From Auanema rhodensis (lineage: Eukaryota; Animalia; Nematoda): a DNA stretch of 64,000 nt. The stretch is taken from the NCBI GenBank assembly GCA_964057225.1, contig OZ059899.1, positions 19,654,001 through 19,718,000 of the forward strand. Direction: 5' to 3'. Numbering within the stretch: the stretch's first letter is position 1; each line of letters opens with the position of its first letter. The translations under genes and the position numbers were made by a program. A model generated the notes under the pieces. That model searched no databases, had not been told where the DNA came from, and worked only from the letters and a program-made list of their open reading frames with translations. Below are positions 39,595 through 54,800 of the stretch, one piece after another.

Positions 39595-42500
39595 TTGAAA
39601 AATGATGCATTAGTGTATGTTGAGTTTCCATGTACACTCAACATTGCTTCCAAAAAGATTTTGACAAAAATTTTTCCGAAAAATTTTAAAATAATTTCGC
39701 AAAAAGTAGGTGTTTTTAGATTCCTTTTTTCAAGGCAAAGACGATGGACAATGTTATTCAACGAAAAAATTAATTCTGCAGGGTGAAAATCGAGGATATA
39801 AGTGTGAACTTATATCAGTTGATATCTCGGTGCATTTTTAAGCTGGCGCAAATCTGATAACACAGATCGACGCAGCTTAAAAATCCGCATCGAATGCACT
39901 ATACATCATTGAGAAACGTTTAATACAAAAATTAGTTATGATCGTTTGAAAAATGATGCATTAGTGTATATTGAGTTTCCATGTACACTCAACATAGCTT
40001 CCAAAAACATTTTGACAAAAATTTTTCCGAAAAATTTCGAAATAAATTCGCAAAAATTAGATGTTTTTAGATTCCTTTTTTCAAGGCAAAGACGATGGAC
40101 AATGTTATTCAACGAAAAAATTAATTCTGCAGGGTGAAAATCGAGGATATAAGTGTGAACTTATATCAGTTGATATCTCGGTGCATTTTTAAGCTAGCGC
40201 AAATCTGATAACACAGATCGACGCAGCTTAAAAATCCGCATCGAATGCATTATACTACATTGAGAAACGCTTAATACAAAAATTAGTTATGATCGTTTGA
40301 AAAATGATGCATTAGTGTATGTTGAGTTTCCATGTACACTCAACATTGCTTCCAAAAACATTTTGACAAAAATGTTTCCGAAAAATTTCAAAATAATTTC
40401 GCGAAAAGTAGATGTTTTTAGATTCCTTTTTTCAAGGCAAAGACGATGGACAATGTTATTCAACGAAAAAATTATTTCTGCAGGGTGAAAATCGAGGATA
40501 TAAGTGTGAACTTATATCAGTTGATATCTCGGTGCATTTTTAAGCTAGCGCAAATCTGATAACACAGATCGACGCAGCTTAAAAATCCGCATCGAATGCA
40601 CTATACATCATTGAGAAACGTTTAATACAAAAATTAGTTATGATCGTTTGAAAAATGATGCATTAGTGTATGTTGAGTTTCCATGTACACTCAACATTGC
40701 TTCCAAAAAGATTTTGACAAAAATTTTTCCGAAAAATTTTAAAATAATTTCGCAAAAAGTAGGTGTTTTTAGATTCCTTTTTTCAAGGCAAAGACGATGG
40801 ACAATGTTATTCAACGAAAAAATTAATTCTGCAGGGTGAAAATCGAGGATATAAGTGTGAACTTATATCAGTTGATATCTCGGTGCATTTTTAAGCTGGC
40901 GCAAATCTGATAACACAGATCGACGCAGCTTAAAAATCCGCATCGAATGCACTATACATCATTGAGAAACGTTTAATACAAAAATTAGTTATGATCGTTT
41001 GAAAAATGATGCATTAGTGTATATTGAGTTTCCATGTACACTCAACATAGCTTCCAAAAACATTTTGACAAAAATTTTTCCGAAAAATTTCGAAATAAAT
41101 TCGCAAAAATTAGATGTTTTTAGATTCCTTTTTTCAAGGCAAAGACGATGGACAATGTTATTCAACGAAAAAATTAATTCTGCAGGGTGAAAATCGAGGA
41201 TATAAGTGTGAACTTATATCAGTTGATATCTCGGTGCATTTTTAAGCTAGCGCAAATCTGATAACACAGATCGACGCAGCTTAAAAATCCGCATCGAATG
41301 CATTATACTACATTGAGAAACGCTTAATACAAAAATTAGTTATGATCGTTTGAAAAATGATGCATTAGTGTATGTTGAGTTTCCATGTACACTCAACATT
41401 GCTTCCAAAAACATTTTGACAAAAATGTTTCCGAAAAATTTCAAAATAATTTCGCGAAAAGTAGATGTTTTTAGATTCCTTTTTTCAAGGCAAAGACGAT
41501 GGACAATGTTATTCAACGAAAAAATTATTTCTGCAGGGTGAAAATCGAGGATATAAGTGTGAACTTATATCAGTTGATATCTCGGTGCATTTTTAAGCTA
41601 GCGCAAATCTGATAACACAGATCGACGCAGCTTAAAAATCCGCATCGAATGCACTATACATCATTGAGAAACGTTTAATACAAAAATTAGTTATGATCGT
41701 TTGAAAAATGATGCATTAGTGTATGTTGAGTTTCCATGTACACTCAACATTGCTTCCAAAAAGATTTTGACAAAAATTTTTCCGAAAAATTTTAAAATAA
41801 TTTCGCAAAAAGTAGGTGTTTTTAGATTCCTTTTTTCAAGGCAAAGACGATGGACAATGTTATTCAACGAAAAAATTAATTCTGCAGGGTGAAAATCGAG
41901 GATATAAGTGTGAACTTATATCAGTTGATATCTCGGTGCATTTTTAAGCTGGCGCAAATCTGATAACACAGATCGACGCAGCTTAAAAATCCGCATCGAA
42001 TGCACTATACATCATTGAGAAACGTTTAATACAAAAATTAGTTATGATCGTTTGAAAAATGATGCATTAGTGTATATTGAGTTTCCATGTACACTCAACA
42101 TAGCTTCCAAAAACATTTTGACAAAAATTTTTCCGAAAAATTTCGAAATAAATTCGCAAAAATTAGATGTTTTTAGATTCCTTTTTTCAAGGCAAAGACG
42201 ATGGACAATGTTATTCAACGAAAAAATTAATTCTGCAGGGTGAAAATCGAGGATATAAGTGTGAACTTATATCAGTTGATATCTCGGTGCATTTTTAAGC
42301 TAGCGCAAATCTGATAACACAGATCGACGCAGCTTAAAAATCCGCATCGAATGCATTATACTACATTGAGAAACGCTTAATACAAAAATTAGTTATGATC
42401 GTTTGAAAAATGATGCATTAGTGTATGTTGAGTTTCCATGTACACTCAACATTGCTTCCAAAAACATTTTGACAAAAATGTTTCCGAAAAATTTCAAAAT

Positions 42501-42753
42501 AATTTCGCGAAAAGTAGATGTTTTTAGATTCCTTTTTTCAAGGCAAAGACGATGGACAATGTTATTCAACGAAAAAATTATTTCTGCAGGGTGAAAATCG
42601 AGGATATAAGTGTGAACTTATATCAGTTGATATCTCGGTGCATTTTTAAGCTAGCGCAAATCTGATAACACAGATCGACGCAGCTTAAAAATCCGCATCG
42701 AATGCACTATACATCATTGAGAAACGTTTAATACAAAAATTAGTTATGATCGT
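39595..42753. repeat. 3-monomer higher-order repeat, period 1053 bp, 3 copies
   Basis: Ordered trio repeated three times: AAAAAGATT/GTAGGTG (39595, 40648, 41701), GTATATTG/AAATTAGATG (39946, 40999, 42052), AAAATGTTTCC/ATTATTTC (40297, 41350, 42403). Confidence 0.92.
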
Positions 42754-45700
42754 TTGAAAAATGATGCATTAGTGTATGTTGAGTTTCCATGTACACTCAA
42801 CATAGCTTCCAAAAACATTTTGACAAAAATTTTTCCGAAAAATTTCGAAATAAATTCGCAAAAAGTAGATGTTTTTAGATTCCTTTTTTCAAGGCAAAGA
42901 CGATGGACAATGTTATTCATCGAAAAAATTAATTCTGCAGGGTGAAAATCGAGGATATAAGTGTGAACTTATATCAGTTGATATCTCGGTGCATTTTTAA
43001 GCTAGCGCAAATCTGATAACACAGATCGACGCAGCTTAAAAATCCGCATCGAATGCACTATACTGCATTGAGAAACGCTTAATACAAAAGTTAGTTATGA
43101 TCGTTTGAAAAATGATGCATTAGTGTATGTTGAGTTTCCATGTACACTCAACATTGCTTCCAAAAACATTTTGACAAAAATTTTTCCGAAAAATTTCGAA
43201 ATAAATTCGCAAAAAGTAGATGTTTTTAGATTCCTTTTTTCAAGGCAAAGACGATGGACAATGTTATTCATCGAAAAAATTAATTCTGCAGGGTGAAAAT
43301 CGAGGATATAAGTGTGAACTTATATCAGTTGATATCTCGGTGCATTTTTAAGCTAGCGCAAATCTGATAACACAGATCGACGCAGCTTAAAAATCCGCAT
43401 CGAATGCATTATACTACATTGAGAAACGCTTAATACAAAAATTAGTTATGATCGTTTGAAAAATGATGCATTAGTGTATGTTGAGTTTCCATGTACACTC
43501 AACATTGCTTCCAAAAACATTTTTACAAAAATTTTTCCGAAAAATTTCGAGATAAATTCGCAAAAATTAGATGTTTTTAGATTCCTTTTTTCAAGGCAAA
43601 GACGATGGACAATGTTATTCAACGAAAAAATTAATTCTGCAGGGTGAAAATCGAGGATATAAGTGTGAACTTATATCAGTTGATATCTCGGTGCATTTTT
43701 AAGCTAGCGCAAATCTGATAACACAGATCGACGCAGCTTAAAAATCCGCATCGAATGCATTATACTACATTGAGAAACGCTTAATACAAAAATTAGTTAT
43801 GATCGTTTGAAAAATGATGCATTAGTGTATGTTGAGTTTCCATGTACACTCAACATTGCTTCCAAAAACATTTTGACAAAAATGTTTCCGAAAAATTTCA
43901 AAATAATTTCGCGAAAAGTAGATGTTTTTAGATTCCTTTTTTCAAGGCAAAGACGATGGACAATGTTATTCAACGAAAAAATTATTTCTGCAGGGTGAAA
44001 ATCGAGGATATAAGTGTGAACTTATATCAGTTGATATCTCGGTGCATTTTTAAGCTAGCGCAAATCTGATAACACAGATCGACGCAGCTTAAAAATCCGC
44101 ATCGAATGCACTATACATCATTGAGAAACGTTTAATACAAAAATTAGTTATGATCGTTTGAAAAATGATGCATTAGTGTATGTTGAGTTTCCATGTACAC
44201 TCAACATAGCTTCCAAAAACATTTTGACAAAAATTTTTCCGAAAAATTTCGAAATAAATTCGCAAAAAGTAGATGTTTTTAGATTCCTTTTTTCAAGGCA
44301 AAGACGATGGACAATGTTATTCATCGAAAAAATTAATTCTGCAGGGTGAAAATCGAGGATATAAGTGTGAACTTATATCAGTTGATATCTCGGTGCATTT
44401 TTAAGCTAGCGCAAATCTGATAACACAGATCGACGCAGCTTAAAAATCCGCATCGAATGCACTATACTGCATTGAGAAACGCTTAATACAAAAGTTAGTT
44501 ATGATCGTTTGAAAAATGATGCATTAGTGTATGTTGAGTTTCCATGTACACTCAACATTGCTTCCAAAAACATTTTGACAAAAATTTTTCCGAAAAATTT
44601 CGAAATAAATTCGCAAAAAGTAGATGTTTTTAGATTCCTTTTTTCAAGGCAAAGACGATGGACAATGTTATTCAACGAAAAAATTATTTCTGCAGGGTGA
44701 AAATCGAGGATATAAGTGTGAACTTATATCAGTTGATATCTCGGTGCATTTTTAAGCTAGCGCAAATCTGATAACACAGATCGACGCAGCTTAAAAATCC
44801 GCATCGAATGCACTATACATCATTGAGAAACGTTTAATACAAAAATTAGTTATGATCGTTTGAAAAATGATGCATTAGTGTATGTTGAGTTTCCATGTAC
44901 ACTCAACATAGCTTCCAAAAACATTTTGACAAAAATTTTTCCGAAAAATTTCGAAATAAATTCGCAAAAAGTAGATGTTTTTAGATTCCTTTTTTCAAGG
45001 CAAAGACGATGGACAATGTTATTCATCGAAAAAATTAATTCTGCAGGGTGAAAATCGAGGATATAAGTGTGAACTTATATCAGTTGATATCTCGGTGCAT
45101 TTTTAAGCTAGCGCAAATCTGATAACACAGATCGACGCAGCTTAAAAATCCGCATCGAATGCACTATACTGCATTGAGAAACGCTTAATACAAAAGTTAG
45201 TTATGATCGTTTGAAAAATGATGCATTAGTGTATGTTGAGTTTCCATGTACACTCAACATTGCTTCCAAAAACATTTTGACAAAAATTTTTCCGAAAAAT
45301 TTCGAAATAAATTCGCAAAAAGTAGATGTTTTTAGATTCCTTTTTTCAAGGCAAAGACGATGGACAATGTTATTCATCGAAAAAATTAATTCTGCAGGGT
45401 GAAAATCGAGGATATAAGTGTGAACTTATATCAGTTGATATCTCGGTGCATTTTTAAGCTAGCGCAAATCTGATAACACAGATCGACGCAGCTTAAAAAT
45501 CCGCATCGAATGCACTATACTGCATTGAGAAACGCTTAATACAAAAGTTAGTTATGATCGTTTGAAAAATGATGCATTAGTGTATGTTGAGTTTCCATGT
45601 ACACTCAACATTGCTTCCAAAAACATTTTGACAAAAATTTTTCCGAAAAATTTCGAAATAAATTCGCAAAAAGTAGATGTTTTTAGATTCCTTTTTTCAA

Positions 45701-48700
45701 GGCAAAGACGATGGACAATGTTATTCATCGAAAAAATTAATTCTGCAGGGTGAAAATCGAGGATATAAGTGTGAACTTATATCAGTTGATATCTCGGTGC
45801 ATTTTTAAGCTAGCGCAAATCTGATAACACAGATCGACGCAGCTTAAAAATCCGCATCGAATGCATTATACTACATTGAGAAACGCTTAATACAAAATTT
45901 AGTTATGATCGTTTGAAAAATGATGCATTAGTGTATGTTGAGTTTCCATGTACACTCAACATTGCTTCCAAAAACATTTTTACAAAAATTTTTCCGAAAA
46001 ATTTCGAAATAAATTCGCAAAAATTAGATGTTTTTAGATTCCTTTTTTCAAGGCAAAGACGATGGACGATGTTATTCAACGAAAAAATTAATTCTGCAGG
46101 GTGAAAATCGAGGATATAAGTGTGAACTTATATCAGTTGATATCTCGGTGCATTTTTAAGCTAGCGCAAATCTGATAACACAGATCGACGCAGCTTAAAA
46201 ATCCGCATCGAATGCATTATACTACATTGAGAAACGCTTAATACAAAAATTAGTTATGATCGTTTGAAAAATGATGCATTAGTGTATGTTGAGTTTCCAT
46301 GTACACTCAACATTGCTTCCAAAAACATTTTGACAAAAATGTTTCCGAAAAATTTCAAAATAATTTCGCGAAAAGTAGATGTTTTTAGATTCCTTTTTTC
46401 AAGGCAAAGACGATGGACAATGTTATTCATCGAAAAAATTAATTCTGCAGGGTGAAAATCGAGGATATAAGTGTGAACTTATATCAGTTGATATCTCGGT
46501 GCATTTTTAAGCTAGCGCAAATCTGATAACACAGATCGACGCAGCTTAAAAATCCGCATCGAATGCACTATACTGCATTGAGAAACGCTTAATACAAAAG
46601 TTAGTTATGATCGTTTGAAAAATGATGCATTAGTGTATGTTGAGTTTCCATGTACACTCAACATAGCTTCCAAAAACATTTTGACAAAAATTTTTCCGAA
46701 AAATTTCGAAATAAATTCGCAAAAAGTAGATGTTTTTAGATTCCTTTTTTCAAGGCAAAGACGATGGACAATGTTATTCATCGAAAAAATTAATTCTGCA
46801 GGGTGAAAATCGAGGATATAAGTGTGAACTTATATCAGTTGATATCTCGGTGCATTTTTAAGCTAGCGCAAATCTGATAACACAGATCGACGCAGCTTAA
46901 AAATCCGCATCGAATGCACTATACTGCATTGAGAAACGCTTAATACAAAAGTTAGTTATGATCGTTTGAAAAATGATGCATTAGTGTATGTTGAGTTTCC
47001 ATGTACACTCAACATTGCTTCCAAAAACATTTTGACAAAAATTTTTCCGAAAAATTTCGAAATAAATTCGCAAAAAGTAGATGTTTTTAGATTCCTTTTT
47101 TCAAGGCAAAGACGATGGACAATGTTATTCATCGAAAAAATTAATTCTGCAGGGTGAAAATCGAGGATATAAGTGTGAACTTATATCAGTTGATATCTCG
47201 GTGCATTTTTAAGCTAGCGCAAATCTGATAACACAGATCGACGCAGCTTAAAAATCCGCATCGAATGCATTATACTACATTGAGAAACGCTTAATACAAA
47301 AATTAGTTATGATCGTTTGAAAAATGATGCATTAGTGTATGTTGAGTTTCCATGTACACTCAACATTGCTTCCAAAAACATTTTGACAAAAATTTTTCCG
47401 AAAAATTTCGAAATAAATTCGCAAAAAGTAGATGTTTTTAGATTCCTTTTTTCAAGGCAAAGACGATGGACAATGTTATTCATCGAAAAAATTAATTCTG
47501 CAGGGTGAAAATCGAGGATATAAGTGTGAACTTATATCAGTTGATATCTCGGTGCATTTTTAAGCTAGCGCAAATCTGATAACACAGATCGACGCAGCTT
47601 AAAAATCCGCATCGAATGCATTATACTACATTGAGAAACGCTTAATACAAAAGTTAGTTATGATCGTTTGAAAAATGATGCATTAGTGTATGTTGAGTTT
47701 CCATGTACACTCAACATTGCTTCCAAAAACATTTTGACAAAAATTTTTCCGAAAAATTTCGAAATAAATTCGCAAAAAGTAGATGTTTTTAGATTCCTTT
47801 TTTCAAGGCAAAGACGATGGACAATGTTATTCAACGAAAAAATTATTTCTGCAGGGTGAAAATCGAGGATATAAGTGTGAACTTATATCAGTTGATATCT
47901 CGGTGCATTTTTAAGCTAGCGCAAATCTGATAACACAGATCGACGCAGCTTAAAAATCCGCATCGAATGCATTATACTACATTGAGAAACGCTTAATACA
48001 AAAATTAGTTATGATCGTTTGAAAAATGATGCATTAGTGTATGTTGAGTTTCCATGTACACTCAACATTGCTTCCAAAAACATTTTGACAAAAATTTTTC
48101 CGAAAAATTTCGAAATAAATTCGCAAAAAGTAGATGTTTTTAGATTCCTTTTTTCAAGGCAAAGACGATGGACAATGTTATTCAACGAAAAAATTAATTC
48201 TGCAGGGTGAAAATCGAGGATATAAGTGTGAACTTATATCAGTTGATATCTCGGTGCATTTTTAAGCTAGCGCAAATCTGATAACACAGATCGACGCAGC
48301 TTAAAAATCCGCATCGAATGCATTATACTACATTGAGAAACGCTTAATACAAAAGTTAGTTATGATCGTTTGAAAAATGATGCATTAGTGTATGTTGAGT
48401 TTCCATGTACACTCAACATTGCTTCCAAAAACATTTTGACAAAAATTTTTCCGAAAAATTTCAAAATAATTTCGCGAAAAGTAGATGTTTTTAGATTCCT
48501 TTTTTCAAGGCAAAGACGATGGACAATGTTATTCAACGAAAAAATTATTTCTGCAGGGTGAAAATCGAGGATATAAGTGTGAACTTATATCAGTTGATAT
48601 CTCGGTGCATTTTTAAGCTAGCGCAAATCTGATAACACAGATCGACGCAGCTTAAAAATCCGCATCGAATGCACTATACATCATTGAGAAACGTTTAATA

Positions 48701-51700
48701 CAAAAGTTAGTTATGATCGTTTGAAAAATGATGCATTAGTGTATGTTGAGTTTCCATGTACACTCAACATTGCTTCCAAAAAGATTTTGACAAAAATTTT
48801 TCCGAAAAATTTTAAAATAATTTCGCAAAAAGTAGGTGTTTTTAGATTCCTTTTTTCAAGGCAAAGACGATGGACAATGTTATTCATCGAAAAAATTAAT
48901 TCTGCAGGGTGAAAATCGAGGATATAAGTGTGAACTTATATCAGTTGATATCTCGGTGCATTTTTAAGCTAGCGCAAATCTGATAACACAGATCGACGCA
49001 GCTTAAAAATCCGCATCGAATGCACTATACTGCATTGAGAAACGCTTAATACAAAAGTTAGTTATGATCGTTTGAAAAATGATGCATTAGTGTATGTTGA
49101 GTTTCCATGTACACTCAACATTGCTTCCAAAAACATTTTGACAAAAATTTTTCCGAAAAATTTCGAAATAAATTCGCAAAAAGTAGATGTTTTTAGATTC
49201 CTTTTTTCAAGGCAAAGACGATGGACAATGTTATTCATCGAAAAAATTAATTCTGCAGGGTGAAAATCGAGGATATAAGTGTGAACTTATATCAGTTGAT
49301 ATCTCGGTGCATTTTTAAGCTAGCGCAAATCTGATAACACAGATCGACGCAGCTTAAAAATCCGCATCGAATGCACTATACTGCATTGAGAAACGCTTAA
49401 TACAAAAGTTAGTTATGATCGTTTGAAAAATGATGCATTAGTGTATGTTGAGTTTCCATGTACACTCAACATTGCTTCCAAAAAGATTTTGACAAAAATT
49501 TTTCCGAAAAATTTTAAAATAATTTCGCAAAAAGTAGGTGTTTTTAGATTCCTTTTTTCAAGGCAAAGACGATGGACAATGTTATTCAACGAAAAAATTA
49601 ATTCTGCAGGGTGAAAATCGAGGATATAAGTGTGAACTTATATCAGTTGATATCTCGGTGCATTTTTAAGCTAGCGCAAATCTGATAACACAGATCGACG
49701 CAGCTTAAAAATCCGCATCGAATGCACTATACTGCATTGAGAAACGCTTAATACAAAAGTTAGTTATGATCGTTTGAAAAATGATGCATTAGTGTATGTT
49801 GAGTTTCCATGTACACTCAACATTGCTTCCAAAAAGATTTTGACAAAAATTTTTCCGAAAAATTTTAAAATAATTTCGCAAAAAGTAGGTGTTTTTAGAT
49901 TCCTTTTTTCAAGGCAAAGACGATGGACAATGTTATTCAACGAAAAAATTAATTCTGCAGGGTGAAAATCGAGGATATAAGTGTGAACTTATATCAGTTG
50001 ATATCTCGGTGCATTTTTAAGCTAGCGCAAATCTGATAACACAGATCGACGCAGCTTAAAAATCCGCATCGAATGCACTATACATCATTGAGAAACGTTT
50101 AATACAAAAATTAGTTATGATCGTTTGAAAAATGATGCATTAGTGTATGTTGAGTTTCCATGTACACTCAACATTGCTTCCAAAAACATTTTGACAAAAA
50201 TGTTTCCGAAAAATTTCAAAATAATTTCGCGAAAAGTAGATGTTTTTAGATTCCTTTTTTCAAGGCAAAGACGATGGACAATGTTATTAAACGAAAAAAT
50301 TATTTCTGCAGGGTGAAAATCGAGGATATAAGTGTGAACTTATATCAGTTGATATCTCGGTGCATTTTTAAGCTAGCGCAAATCTGATAACACAGATCGA
50401 CGCAGCTTAAAAATCCGCATCGAATGCATTATACTACATTGAGAAACGCTTAATACAAAAATTAGTTATGATCGTTTGAAAAATGATGCATTAGTGTATG
50501 TTGAGTTTCCATGTACACTCAACATTGCTTCCAAAAACATTTTGACAAAAATGTTTCCGAAAAATTTCAAAATAATTTCGCGAAAAGTAGATGTTTTTAG
50601 ATTCCTTTTTTCAAGGCAAAGACGATGGACAATGTTATTCAACGAAAAAATTATTTCTGCAGGGTGAAAATCGAGGATATAAGTGTGAACTTATATCAGT
50701 TGATATCTCGGTGCATTTTTAAGCTAGCGCAAATCTGATAACACAGATCGACGCAGCTTAAAAATCCGCATCGAATGCACTATACATCATTGAGAAACGT
50801 TCAATACAAAAATTAGTTATGATCGTTTGAAAAATGATGCATTAGTGTATGTTGAGTTTCCATGTACACTCAACATAGCTTCCAAAAACATTTTGACAAA
50901 AATTTTTCCGAAAAATTTCGAAATAAATTCGCAAAAAGTAGATGTTTTTAGATTCCTTTTTTCAAGGCAAAGACGATGGACAATGTTATTCATCGAAAAA
51001 ATTAATTCTGCAGGGTGAAAATCGAGGATATAAGTGTGAACTTATATCAGTTGATATCTCGGTGCATTTTTAAGCTAGCGCAAATCTGATAACACAGATC
51101 GACGCAGCTTAAAAATCCGCATCGAATGCATTATACTACATTGAGAAACGCTTAATACAAAAATTAGTTATGATCGTTTGAAAAATGATGCATTAGTGTA
51201 TGTTGAGTTTCCATGTACACTCAACATTGCTTCCAAAAACATTTTGACAAAAATTTTTCCGAAAAATTTCGAAATAAATTCGCAAAAAGTAGATGTTTTT
51301 AGATTCCTTTTTTCAAGGCAAAGACGATGGACAATGTTATTCATCGAAAAAATTAATTCTGCAGGGTGAAAATCGAGGATATAAGTGTGAACTTATATCA
51401 GTTGATATCTCGGTGCATTTTTAAGCTAGCGCAAATCTGATAACACAGATCGACGCAGCTTAAAAATCCGCATCGAATGCATTATACTACATTGAGAAAC
51501 GCTTAATACAAAAATTAGTTATGATCGTTTGAAAAATGATGCATTAGTGTATGTTGAGTTTCCATGTACACTCAACATTGCTTCCAAAAACATTTTGACA
51601 AAAATGTTTCCGAAAAATTTCAAAATAATTTCGCGAAAAGTAGATGTTTTTAGATTCCTTTTTTCAAGGCAAAGACGATGGACAATGTTATTCAACGAAA

Positions 51701-51829
51701 AAATTATTTCTGCAGGGTGAAAATCGAGGATATAAGTGTGAACTTATATCAGTTGATATCTCGGTGCATTTTTAAGCTAGCGCAAATCTGATAACACAGA
51801 TCGACGCAGCTTAAAAATCCGCATCGAAT

Positions 51830-54800
51830 GCACTGTACATCATTGAGAAACGTTTAATACAAAAATTAGTTATGATCGTTTGAAAAATGATGCATTAGTG
51901 TATATTGAGTTTCCATGTACACTCAACATAGCTTCCAAAAACATTTTGACAAAAATTTTTCCGAAAAATTTTAAAATAATTTCGCAAAGAGTAGGTGTTT
52001 TTAGATTCCTTTTTTCAAGGCAAAGACGATGGACAATGTTATTCAACGAAAAAATTAATTCTCCAGGGTGAAAATCGAGGATATAAGTGTGAACTTTTAT
52101 CAGTTGATATCTCGGTGCATTTTAAAGCTAGCGCAAATCTGATAACACAGATCGACGCAGCTTAAAAATCCGCATCGAATGCATTATACTACATTGAGAA
52201 ACGCTTAATAAAAAAATTAGTTATGATCGTTTGAAAAATGATGCATTAGTGTATGTTGAGTTTCCATGTACACTCAACATAGCTTCCAAAAACATTTTGA
52301 CAAAAATTTTTCCGAAAAATTTCAAAATAATTTCGCAAAAAGTAGATGTTTTTAGATTCCTTTTTTCAAGGCAAAGACGATGGACAATGTTATTCAACGA
52401 AAAAATTAATTCTGCAGGGTGAAAATCGAGGATATAAGTGTGAACTTATATCAGTTGATATCTCGGTGCATTTTAAAGCTAGCGCAAATCTGATAACACA
52501 GATCGACGCAGCTTAAAAATCCGCATCGAATGCATTATACTACATTGAGAAACGCTTGATACAAAAATTAGGTATGATCGTTTGAAAAATGATGCATTAG
52601 TGTATGTTGAGTTTCCATGTACACTCAACATAGCTTCCAAAAACATTTTGACAAAAATGTTTCCGAAAAATTTCAAAATAATTTCGCGAAAAGTAGATGT
52701 TTTTAGATTCCTTTTTTCAAGGCAAAGACGATGGACAATGTTATTCAACGAAAAAATTAATTCTTCAGGGTGAAAATCGAGGATATAAGTGTGAACTTAT
52801 ATCAGTTGATATCTCGGTGCATTTTTAAGCTAGCGCAAATCTGATAACACAGATCGACGCAGCTTAAAAATCCGCATCGAATGCACTATACATCATTGAG
52901 AAACGTTTAATACAAAAATTAGTTATGATCGTTTGAAAAATGATGCATTAGTGTATGTTGAGTTTCCATGTACACTCAACATTGCTTCCAAAAACATTTT
53001 GACAAAAATGTTTCCGAAAAATTTCAAAATAATTTCGCGAAAAGTAGATGTTTTTAGATTCCTTTTTTCAAGGCAAAGACGATGGACAATGTTATTCAAC
53101 GAAAAAATTAATTCTTCAGGGTGAAAATCGAGGATATAAGTGTGAACTTATATCAGTTGATATCTCGGTGCATTTTTAAGCTAGCGCAAATCTGATAACA
53201 CAGATCGACGCAGCTTAAAAATCCGCATCGAATGCACTATACATCATTGAGAAACGTTTAATACAAAAATTAGTTATGATCGTTTGAAAAATGATGCATT
53301 AGTGTATATTGAGTTTCCATGTACACTCAACATAGCTTCCAAAAACATTTTGACAAAAATTTTTCCGAAAAATTTTAAAATAATTTCGCAAAGAGTAGGT
53401 GTTTTTAGAATCCTTTTTTCAAGGCAAAGACGATGGACAATGTTATTCAACGAAAAAATTAATTCTGCAGGGTGAAAATCGAGGATATAAGTGTGAACTT
53501 ATATCAGTTGATATCTCGGTGCATTTTTAAGCTAGCGCAAATCTGATAACACAGATCGACGCAGCTTAAAAATCCGCATCGAATGCACTATACTACATTG
53601 AGAAACGCTTGATACAAAAATTAGGTATGATCGTTTGAAAAATGATGCATTAGTGTATGTTGAGTTTCCATGTACACTCAACATTGCTTCCAAAAACATT
53701 TTGACAAAAATTTTTCCGAAAAATTTCGAAAAAATTTCGCGAAAAGTAGATGTTTTTAGATTCCTTTTTTCAAGGCAAAGACGATGGACAATGTTATTCA
53801 ACGAAAAAATTATTTCTGCAGGGTGAAAATCGAGGATATAAGTGTGAACTTATATCAGTTGATATCTCGGTGCATTTTTAAGCTAGCGCAAATCTGATAA
53901 CACAGATCGACGCAGCTTAAAAATCCGCATCGAATGCATTATACTACATTGAGAAACGCTTAATACAAAACTTAGTTATGATCGTTTGAAAAATGATGCA
54001 TTAGTGTATGTTGAGTTTCCATGTACACTCAACATTGCTTCCAAAAACATTTTGACAAAAATTTTTCCGAAAAATTTCAAAATAATTTCGCGAAAAGTAG
54101 ATGTTTTTAGATTCCTTTTTTCAAGGCAAAGACGATGGACAATGTTATTCAACGAAAAAATTAATTCTCCAGGGTGAAAATCGAGGATATAAGTGTGAAC
54201 TTATATCAGTTGATATCTCGGTGCAATTTTAAGCTAGCGCAAATCTGATAATACAGATCGACGCAGCTTAAAAATCCGCATCGAATGCACTATACTGCAT
54301 TGAGAAACGCTTAATACAAAAGTTAGTTATGATCGTTTGAAAAATGATGCATTAGTGTATGTTGAGTTTCCATGTACACTCAACATTGCTTCCAAAAACA
54401 TTTTGACAAAAATTTTTCCGAAAAATTTCAAAATAATTTCGCAAAAAGTAGATGTTTTTAGATTCCTTTTTTCAAGGCAAAGACGATGGACAATGTTATT
54501 CAACGAAAAAATTAATTCTGCAGGGTGAAAATCGAGGATATAAGTGTGAACTTATATCAGTTGATATCTCGGTGCATTTTTAAGCTAGCGCAAATCTGAT
54601 AACACAGATCGACGCAGCTTAAAAATCCGCATCGAATGCACTATACAACATTGAGAAACGCTTAATACAAAAGTTAGTTATGATCGTTTGAAAAATGATG
54701 CATTAGTGTATGTTGAGTTTCCATGTACACTCAACATTGCTTCCAAAAACATTTTGACAAAAATTTTTCCGAAAAATTTCAAAATAATTTCGCAAAAATT

